A DNA stretch of 13,991 nt, taken from NCBI GenBank assembly GCA_964247135.1, contig CAXTTL010000127.1:1-13991 (forward strand). The letters are read 5' to 3'. Under the pieces are notes generated by a model that was not told the origin of the DNA, searched no databases, and worked only from the letters and a program-made list of their open reading frames with translations. The number at the start of each line of letters is the position of its first letter. The stretch's first letter is position 1. Origin of the DNA: an uncultured Deinococcales bacterium. GTDB lineage: Bacteria > Deinococcota > Deinococci > Deinococcales > JAAFIG01. This document shows positions 7,094 through 13,991 of this stretch, piece after piece. Both the position numbers and the translations under genes were made by a program.

Positions 7094-7786
7094 TCAAGTA
7101 CCCAGCCCAAGCAGCACTTTTCTCAACCCCTGCCGCTCGAGCAAGTACCGCTCGAGCGGCAATTGCACGCCCAACGTCGCCTCGAGTTTCCCTTCAAAAA
7201 ACACGGGAATTGCCAGCGCACATTGTCCTGGCAGCCATTCCTCTATCGAGTATGCAATCTGTTGTTTTCGCACCCGCTCGAGTTCGGTCTGCCATTCGTC
7301 GGGCGTGGTGATGGTGTTGGGCGTGAAGGCTTCAAATGGTGGTGCGTTTAATTCTTGGAAGGCGTAAAGCACTTTTCCGGCGGCTGTCGCGTTGGCTGGC
7401 AGGTAGACATCGGTTTGAATATGCTCAAACTCGAGTGCAGGGTCGGCATTGAAACGGTCGATGCAGACCACACGGTTTTCCTCGAGCACGCAGAGCACAC
7501 CCAAGGTTTTGGTTTGCGTGGCAAGGTGTTGCATTTTGACTCGAGCTTGTCCGTACCAACCGAGGCTGTGATGCAGTTGTTCGGAGAACTCGAGCAAGCG
7601 CCAACTGAGGCGGTAACTGCCGTTTTCGGTGCGGCGCAACCATTGCAGGTTTGCCAGGGTTTGCAAGTACAAATGGGTGCTCGAGCGTGGCATGTTCAGT
7701 TCGCTGGCAAGCTCTCTTACGCCCCAAACAGGTTTTTCGCGGGTGAAATACCGCAAGATCAAACTGGCTTTCTCGAGGGACTGCAT
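7094..7786 (-). CDS. IclR-family transcriptional regulator, probable hut regulator
   Basis: [71 protein letters not shown]. Divergent from hutU. A CATACT -10-like hexamer 6 nt before ATG 7786 suggests a leaderless start. Confidence 0.92.
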   Translation of the reverse strand: MQSLEKASLILRYFTREKPVWGVRELASELNMPRSSTHLYLQTLANLQWLRRTENGSYRLSWRLLEFSEQLHHSLGWYGQARVKMQHLATQTKTLGVLCVLEENRVVCIDRFNADPALEFEHIQTDVYLPANATAAGKVLYAFQELNAPPFEAFTPNTITTPDEWQTELERVRKQQIAYSIEEWLPGQCALAIPVFFEGKLEATLGVQLPLERYLLERQGLRKVLLGLGT

Positions 7787-7807
7787 GGCTTCAGTATGCC
7801 CGAATCT

Positions 7808-7824
7808 GTCCAACAATGTTGGAC
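7808..7824. promoter_or_regulatory. Perfect palindrome, candidate IclR operator
   Basis: GTCCAACA-A-TGTTGGAC lies in the 83-bp divergent intergenic region. Confidence 0.7.
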
Positions 7825-7869
7825 GTTGACCTTGTGAACTTTTACAAAACAGCGCAAACTCGAGGCATC

Positions 7870-9522
7870 ATGCAAACCTCAATTCGTGCCGCTCGAGGGA
7901 ATGTTCGTACCGCCAAAGGTTGGATTCAGGAAGCCGCCAAACGGATGCTGATGAACAACCTGGATAACGAGGTTGCCGAAAAACCTGAAGAACTGATTGT
8001 TTACGGAGGGCGCGGCAAGGCGGCGCGAAACTGGGAGGCGTACCACAAGATTGTGCAAACGCTGGATAGGCTCGAGAATGACCAAACGCTGTTGGTGCAA
8101 TCTGGAAAACCCGTGGCGGTGCTCGAGACGCAACCACTCGCGCCAAGGGTCTTGATTGCCAATTCCAACCTCGTGCCGAACTGGGCAAACTGGGACGAAT
8201 TTGATCGGCTCGACAAGGCTGGTCTGATGATGTACGGGCAGATGACGGCGGGAAGTTGGATTTACATTGGCACGCAAGGCATTTTGCAAGGGACTTACGA
8301 GACGTTTGCGGCGGCTGGCAAAAAGCATTTTGGCGGCACGCTGGCAGGCACAATCACGGTCACGGCAGGACTCGGCGGCATGGGCGGCGCTCAACCCCTG
8401 GCGGTCAAACTGGCGGGCGGCGTGGCAATCTGCATTGAGGTTGATCCACTGCGCATTCAACGACGGCTCGAGACGAATTATTTGGATGAAGTTGCCAGCA
8501 ATCTCGAGGAGGCGATTCGATTGGCGAAGGCTGCCAAACAAGCCAAACGCGCCGTTTCAATTGGGCTTCTTGGCAATGCTGCCGAAGTCCTGTCGCAAAT
8601 GCTCGAGTTGGGTTTTATCCCCGAACTCATCACCGATCAAACCTCGAGCCATGACCCAATGTGGGGTTATTTGCCGCCAAGCCGCGCTGACGAGGACATA
8701 GATAAACTGCGAATCAGTCAACCCGAAGAGTATTTGGTTCGCGCTCGAGCCGCGATGGTGAGGCACGTTGAAAGCATCATCGAAATGCAAGCTCGAGGGG
8801 CAATTGCCTTTGATTACGGCAACAACCTTCGCGCCCAAGCCAAACTTGGCGGACTCGAGAATGCGTTCTCCTACCCTGGATTTGTGCCCGCTTTCATCCG
8901 CGATTCGTTCTGTGAGGGACGCGGACCGTTTCGTTGGGTGGCACTCTCAGGCGAAGCCTCCGACATCGCCGCCACCGACAAAGCGTTGCTCGAGTTATTC
9001 CCGCACGATGCACGCTTGCAAAACTGGTTGGGTTACGCCGCCGACCAGATTGCCTTCCAAGGTTTACCCGCCCGAATCTGCTGGTTGGGCTACTTGGAGC
9101 GCGATAAAGCAGGCTTACTGTTGAACCAAATGGTACGCGACGGACGACTTAAAGCCCCCATCGTCATCGGGCGCGATCACCTCGACGCGGGATCGGTGGC
9201 AAGCCCGTACCGCGAAACCGAAGCCATGCTTGACGGTTCGGACGCGGTTTCAGACTGGGCGCTGCTCAATTTCGCCACAGGAATCTCGAGCGGCGCGGCA
9301 TGGATGAGCTTTCATCACGGCGGCGGCGTTGGCATGGGATACAGCCAGCACTCGGGCTTGGTTGCTGTGGCAGACGGCAGCGAAGAAGCCGACACGCGCT
9401 TGCGGTTGTGCCTCAAAAACGACCCTGCAATGGGTGTGATTCGTCACGCCGACGCGGGATACGACCTCGCCATTCGCGCTGCTCATGAGCGCGGTGTGGA
9501 CATGCCGAGCCTCGAGAAATGA
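7870..9522 (+). CDS. hutU: Urocanate hydratase
   Basis: [64 protein letters not shown]. The likely start is ATG 7870. Confidence 0.99.
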   Translation: MQTSIRAARGNVRTAKGWIQEAAKRMLMNNLDNEVAEKPEELIVYGGRGKAARNWEAYHKIVQTLDRLENDQTLLVQSGKPVAVLETQPLAPRVLIANSNLVPNWANWDEFDRLDKAGLMMYGQMTAGSWIYIGTQGILQGTYETFAAAGKKHFGGTLAGTITVTAGLGGMGGAQPLAVKLAGGVAICIEVDPLRIQRRLETNYLDEVASNLEEAIRLAKAAKQAKRAVSIGLLGNAAEVLSQMLELGFIPELITDQTSSHDPMWGYLPPSRADEDIDKLRISQPEEYLVRARAAMVRHVESIIEMQARGAIAFDYGNNLRAQAKLGGLENAFSYPGFVPAFIRDSFCEGRGPFRWVALSGEASDIAATDKALLELFPHDARLQNWLGYAADQIAFQGLPARICWLGYLERDKAGLLLNQMVRDGRLKAPIVIGRDHLDAGSVASPYRETEAMLDGSDAVSDWALLNFATGISSGAAWMSFHHGGGVGMGYSQHSGLVAVADGSEEADTRLRLCLKNDPAMGVIRHADAGYDLAIRAAHERGVDMPSLEK

Positions 9523-9540
9523 AACGCATCGCCCCTGAAG

Positions 9541-9664
9541 CCCTCATCCGGCTCGCAAGCTCGCCACCTTCTCCCGCAGGGAGAAGGAAAAAGTTCTCGA
9601 GCCACACGTGTCAAAGAATAAAGCTCCCTTCTCCTTATGTTGGGAGAAGGGTCGGGGATGAGGG
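9541..9664. repeat. Palindromic REP/MITE-like element (CCCTCATCC..CCTTCTCCC-N-GGGAGAAGG family), inverted pair
   Basis: Terminal inverted repeat CCCTCATCC (9541-9549) / GGATGAGGG (9656-9664). Internal hairpins at 9567-9587 and 9626-9651. Confidence 0.8.
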
Positions 9665-9673
9665 TAGAATTTA

Positions 9674-10579
9674 ATGCTCCCCTTCTCTGGTATTTCAACT
9701 TTCGCTCGAGCATCCATTGCCAGTCTCGAGCAAGCTTGGCGTGCCGATGTGGGCGTGCTTGGTGTGCCGTTTGACATCGCACTGGGTTTTCGTCCTGGTG
9801 CACGTTTTGCTCCTCGAGCGATTCGTGAGGCGAGTTTGCGGTATGCCTTGCCGATAGAGGGTTTTTATGACCTCAAATCAGACCGTCAGCGCCTTGTAAA
9901 CCTCGAGTTGCGCGATGTCGGCGATGTGGATTTGCCGAGCCTTGAGCCTGAATTGGCTAGAAATAGGATTGAAGCTGCGGCTCGAGCGTTGCGTGAAAAA
10001 GTGAAATTGCCTGTTTTTTTGGGTGGGGATCACAGCGTCAGTTATCCAATTTTAAGAGCGTTTGATGACGTGCCAGATTTGCATGTGGTGCAGATTGATG
10101 CGCATTTGGATTTTACGGATGTTCGCAATGACACCAGGTTTTCCAACTCGAGTCCGTTCAGGCGTGCGTGTGAGGATTTACCGAACTTGAAGCACATCAT
10201 CACGATTGGTTTGCGTGGCGTTCGGGCGGATCGTGAGGCGGTGAAAGCCGCAAAATCTCGAGGTCACACTTTAATTCCAATGTGGGAATTGAATGATCTC
10301 GAGCAAGTGATCTCGAAGCTTCCAAGCGGCAAAAACGTGTACTTGTCGTTTGACGTGGACGCCCTCGATCCAGGTTTTTTTCCTGCGACCTCGAGTCCAG
10401 AACCCGACGGTTTAAGCTTTGCAACGGCGGTACAATTGATTCAAGCCACCGCAACCCGAAATCAAATCGTTGGTTTTGATCTGGTGGAGATGACCCCAAA
10501 CCTCGACGCGAGCGGCAACAGTGCGCTTTTTGCGGCAAGATTGATTGTGGAAACGCTTTTGGCGGTGTTCGATGCTTGA
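9674..10579 (+). CDS. Ureohydrolase (arginase/agmatinase family), probable formimidoylglutamase by context
   Basis: GGDHSVS, DAHLD and SFDVDALDP metal-binding motifs. Sits between hutU and hutI. Confidence 0.9.
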   Translation: MLPFSGISTFARASIASLEQAWRADVGVLGVPFDIALGFRPGARFAPRAIREASLRYALPIEGFYDLKSDRQRLVNLELRDVGDVDLPSLEPELARNRIEAAARALREKVKLPVFLGGDHSVSYPILRAFDDVPDLHVVQIDAHLDFTDVRNDTRFSNSSPFRRACEDLPNLKHIITIGLRGVRADREAVKAAKSRGHTLIPMWELNDLEQVISKLPSGKNVYLSFDVDALDPGFFPATSSPEPDGLSFATAVQLIQATATRNQIVGFDLVEMTPNLDASGNSALFAARLIVETLLAVFDA

Positions 10580-11825
10580 TTTGCTGCTAACAGGTATTTC
10601 CCAACTCGTGACGGCGCAAGGTGCAGGCTTGCATCGGGGCAAAACCCACGGCGAATTGTTCAAACTCGAGAACGCTGCACTTGGATTTCAGAACGGTTTA
10701 ATCGCCTGGGTCGGACGCGAATCGGACTGGGCAGGGGAGACTCGAGAAACCAGAAATCTCGAGGGTCGCGCCGTCATTCCTGGTTTGATTGACCCTCATA
10801 CCCACGCGGTTTGGGCTGGAACGCGCTTGAATGATTTTGAGGCTCGAGCTTCGGGCGTTGGTTACGAAAACATTCTGGCGGCGGGTGGTGGCATTCGCAG
10901 CACCATGAAATTCACAGGAGAAGCCAGCCTCGAGACACTGGTCAACCTCGCGCTGCCAAGGCTCGAGGCGTTGATTCGTTCGGGTGCGACCACAATCGAA
11001 GTCAAATCTGGTTACGGTTTCACACTCGAGGCGGAACTGAAAATGTTGATGGCGGTGCGCGAATTGCAAACTCGGGTTTCGGCGCATCTCGAGCCAACGC
11101 TGTTGATTCACGTTCCGCCCAAAGATAACCTCGAGCGTGAGGCGTATCTGGACATGGTGATGAATGAACTCATCCCGCAAGTTGCCGCGCAAAAATTGGC
11201 GACAGCCGTCGATGTTTTTGTCGAACGCGAAGCCTTCAACATTCCCGAAACCGAATTGATTTTGCAGGCGGCTCGAGCGAATCATCTCGCCATCAAACTT
11301 CACGTCGATCAATTTCACGCCATCGGAGGACTCGAGTTGGGCATTCAGTACAACGCGCTCAGTGTCGATCATCTCGAGGCATCGGGCGAAAACCAAATCA
11401 AGGCACTTTCCTCGAGCGACACCGTCGGCGTGATTCTGCCAGGCGTGACCCTGCACCTCGGTTTGCCCGCCGCCCCAGGGCGAAAATTGATTGACGCGGG
11501 GGCTGCCGTGGCAATTGGCACAGATTTAAACCCAGGCTCGAGTCCGGTGTATTCAACCCAACTCGCGTTGGCGCTGGCGGTTCGATTGAACGGTTTAACC
11601 CCAAGCGAGGCATTGATTGCCAGCACCGTCAACGCCGCCGCCGCACTAGGTTTGTATGACCGTGGACGGCTCGAGGTGGGTTGTCGCGCCGATGTGCTGG
11701 TGCTCGAGGCTGCGGATTGGCTCGAGATTGCGTATACGTTGGGGCAAAATCCTGTAAAACAAGTTTTTATTGGTGGGCATGAACGGCAGGGCGCAGTAAA
11801 CAGCGCCCCTACACAAAATTTGTAA
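10572..11825 (+). CDS. hutI: Imidazolonepropionase
   Basis: PGLIDPHTH, EVKSGYG, KLHVDQF, DHLE, GTDLNPGSS. ATG 10572 overlaps the end of the upstream gene. Confidence 0.97.
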   Translation: MLDLLLTGISQLVTAQGAGLHRGKTHGELFKLENAALGFQNGLIAWVGRESDWAGETRETRNLEGRAVIPGLIDPHTHAVWAGTRLNDFEARASGVGYENILAAGGGIRSTMKFTGEASLETLVNLALPRLEALIRSGATTIEVKSGYGFTLEAELKMLMAVRELQTRVSAHLEPTLLIHVPPKDNLEREAYLDMVMNELIPQVAAQKLATAVDVFVEREAFNIPETELILQAARANHLAIKLHVDQFHAIGGLELGIQYNALSVDHLEASGENQIKALSSSDTVGVILPGVTLHLGLPAAPGRKLIDAGAAVAIGTDLNPGSSPVYSTQLALALAVRLNGLTPSEALIASTVNAAAALGLYDRGRLEVGCRADVLVLEAADWLEIAYTLGQNPVKQVFIGGHERQGAVNSAPTQNL

Positions 11826-11856
11826 TGAAATGTAGGGACGCTGCTTGCTGCGCCCT
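11788..11856. repeat. Inverted doublet of GTAG-type REP palindromes (REPIN-like) straddling the hutI stop
   Basis: Reverse complement of 11788-11813 is TGTAGGGGCGCTGTTTACTGCGCCCT. 11831-11856 is TGTAGGGACGCTGCTTGCTGCGCCCT. Identity is 23/26 with a 17-bp spacer. Confidence 0.85.
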
Positions 11857-11884
11857 TTCTGGTACACCTGAAAGGCACAATTCC

Positions 11885-13411
11885 ATGAATCCAATTTTGA
11901 TCGGTCAACCATTAACGGCGCACGACGTGGTGCGTGTCGCTCGAGAGTTTCAACCTGTGGCAATCGCGCCCGAAGCCAAAGCTGAGGTTCTGGCGTCTCG
12001 AGCTTACGTCGAAAAACTGGTGCTCGAGAATAAGACGGTTTACGGTATTACGACTGGTTTTGGGAAATTCTCGAACGTGCGCATTGCCCCCGAGGACACG
12101 CGTTTGTTGCAACGCAATCTGATTCTGTCCCATGCGATGGGCGTTGGCGAACCACTGGCGCAAGATGTCACCCGAGCCATGCTGCTGCTTCGGGCGCAAA
12201 GCTTGTCATTTGGCGTGTCGGGCATTCGTCTCGAGGTGATCGAATTGATCCTCGAGTGCTTGAATCGCGGCGTGCATCCGATCATTCCGTCCCAAGGCAG
12301 CGTTGGCGCGTCTGGCGATCTTGCGCCGCTCGCCCACATGAGTTTGATGTTGATCGGTGAGGGGAATGCTTGGTTTGGTGGTCAGGTCATGCCCGCGCAC
12401 CGTGCGCTCGAGAAAGCAGGATTAAAACCCATCACGCTCGAGGCAAAAGAGGGTCTGGCATTAATCAACGGCACGCAAGCCATGACCGCCATCGGGGCGC
12501 TGACCTTGCACGATGCGCTCGAGTTGGCAACCGTTGCGGACATCACGGGCGCAATGAGTCTCGAGGCGCTCAAAGGCACACTGTCAGCATTTGATGCTCG
12601 AGTGTCACGGGTTCGTCCGCATCCTGGCATGATCGAAGTTGCCGAGAACGTGCGAAAACTCGGTGCGAACTCTCCGATTCACCGCTCGCACGAGGACTGC
12701 GAAAAAGTGCAGGACGCCTACAGTTTGCGTTGCATCTCGCAAGTTCACGGGGCAAGCCGCGATGCGCTGCGTCACGCGCTCGAGGTGGTGACGCGAGAGG
12801 TAAATGCTGTGACAGATAATCCCTTGATTTTTCACAACGATGACACCGTGATTTCAGGCGGAAATTTTCATGGGCAACCCGTGGCTTTGGTCATGGATTA
12901 TGCCAAAATTGCGATTGCCGAACTCGCCAATATTTCCGAGCGCCGCATTGAGCACATGCTCGACCCCGCGCTCTCGGGAATGCCAGGCTTTCTTGCCATG
13001 CAGGGCGGTTTGAACAGCGGTTTGATGATCTCGCAGTACACCGCCGCCAGTTTGGTCAGCGAAAATAAAGTCTTGGCGCACCCCGCCAGCGTGGACAGCA
13101 TTCCGACCAGCGCCAACCAAGAAGACCACGTTTCGATGGGCACGACCAGCGCCAGACAATGTGCCATGATCCTCGAGAATGCGCGTTGGGTGTTTGCCAT
13201 CGAACTCGTCAACGCCACGCAAGCGCTCGGCTTTCACGCGCCGCTCGAGCCTGGAGATGGGGTCAAAGCCGCCAGGGATGCCGTGCGCAGCGTTGTGCCA
13301 CCCCTCGAGCGTGACCGCATCATGACGGGTGATCTCGAGGCGGCGAGGGGTTTGATTGTGTCTGGAAGGTTGCGGGCGGCGGTGGAAGGAGTGATTGGGG
13401 TGTTGCATTAG
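11885..13411 (+). CDS. hutH: Histidine ammonia-lyase
   Basis: VYGITTGFG, GSVGASGDLAPLAH (MIO-forming ASG), QDAYSLRC, GGNFHG, NQEDHVSMG. Start is ATG 11885 after GAAAGG. Confidence 0.98.
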   Translation: MNPILIGQPLTAHDVVRVAREFQPVAIAPEAKAEVLASRAYVEKLVLENKTVYGITTGFGKFSNVRIAPEDTRLLQRNLILSHAMGVGEPLAQDVTRAMLLLRAQSLSFGVSGIRLEVIELILECLNRGVHPIIPSQGSVGASGDLAPLAHMSLMLIGEGNAWFGGQVMPAHRALEKAGLKPITLEAKEGLALINGTQAMTAIGALTLHDALELATVADITGAMSLEALKGTLSAFDARVSRVRPHPGMIEVAENVRKLGANSPIHRSHEDCEKVQDAYSLRCISQVHGASRDALRHALEVVTREVNAVTDNPLIFHNDDTVISGGNFHGQPVALVMDYAKIAIAELANISERRIEHMLDPALSGMPGFLAMQGGLNSGLMISQYTAASLVSENKVLAHPASVDSIPTSANQEDHVSMGTTSARQCAMILENARWVFAIELVNATQALGFHAPLEPGDGVKAARDAVRSVVPPLERDRIMTGDLEAARGLIVSGRLRAAVEGVIGVLH

Positions 13412-13564
13412 AGGGAAATGGCGTATGTACGGATGAAGCTGAAAATGAAGCGTCGTGCTAAAGTTATAGTGATAATGTACAATTAGTTTAATAAAATAAT
13501 GACTTCGGTAAACACATCAATTCAGAATTCATTCAAAAGAGATTGAGTAGTCGGAGGTTATAAA

Positions 13565-13885
13565 ATGTTAAAACCTTGTATCATGATTGAGATTAAAAAC
13601 CGCCCTCAAACTCTTGAAACTTTAATACTCGAGAACGAGAGTGAGTATCCTTCAAAAATATTAGAATATGTTAATAAAAAATATCAGAATGCTTATAAAA
13701 TTGTACATTCAATCGAAGAATATCCTATTGATTCCGACCCAAATGCTCCTGAGCATTTAAAAAATGAAAGTTATAATATATGTAAATGGAAGAAAGGATT
13801 TGCAGTAACTAAAAGTGGTATTACAGGAGCAGATACTGATGTTTATGTAGTAGTTAGATTTTTTCCTTCACCGGAAAACAAATAA
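13565..13885 (+). CDS. AT-rich hypothetical protein
   Basis: GGAGG RBS at 13553-13557. 106-aa ORF in AT-rich DNA. No family recognised. Confidence 0.6.
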   Translation: MLKPCIMIEIKNRPQTLETLILENESEYPSKILEYVNKKYQNAYKIVHSIEEYPIDSDPNAPEHLKNESYNICKWKKGFAVTKSGITGADTDVYVVVRFFPSPENK

Positions 13886-13991
13886 AAATTCATAGAACTA
13901 TATGATTTTAACCGAGAAACCGCTCGAACCTCAAAACTACTGACTCCTGCAATTTTAGCTTAATATAAGACCATGCCTTGGACACCATCAA

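Larger units (their letters stand above)
169..13633. repeat. Dispersed highly iterated palindrome CTCGAG (about 107 copies)
   Basis: Manual count, first site at 169 and last at 13628. Roughly 4 copies are expected from base composition. Confidence 0.95.

Noticed and set aside
7787-7869. ORF-track starts at 7816 for both IclR and hutU
   Set aside because: They would leave no promoter space and fall inside the operator palindrome. ATG 7786 and ATG 7870 fit the family N-termini.
11825-11884. Cys-rich N-terminal extension of HutH (MKCRDAACC...)
   Set aside because: It is a translation of the right REP arm. The RBS-supported start is 11885.
7868-13408. Multiple antisense and alternative-frame ORFs over the hut genes
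   Set aside because: They fully overlap highly conserved enzymes and have no recognisable motifs or RBS.
13886-13991. Possible gene at the right edge
   Set aside because: Only very short frames on either strand, so nothing can be supported.

Overview
Chromosomal window from a member of the Deinococcota (Deinococcus-Thermus), inferred from the double-OB-fold SSB and Deinococcus-like S18 and ureohydrolase. GC is only moderate, roughly 50-55% by eye. Left to right: the 3' part of a large Ser/Gly/Pro-rich surface protein, a secreted hypothetical protein, a PIN/RHH toxin-antitoxin pair, the rpsF-ssb-rpsR-rplI operon (minus strand), two AT-rich accessory genes, a SorC/DeoR-family regulator fragment, an IclR regulator divergent from hutU-hutG-like-hutI-hutH, and an AT-rich orphan. 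The strongest signal not explained by the genes is the palindrome CTCGAG. I counted about 107 copies by hand against about 4 expected, in all three reading frames and in intergenic DNA, which resembles a HIP1-like highly iterated palindrome. The TA module is bracketed by a 56-bp duplication of the rplI stop codon and terminator that itself carries CTCGAG. Three REP/MITE-like palindromic elements are also present, and one has been absorbed into the hutI coding sequence.
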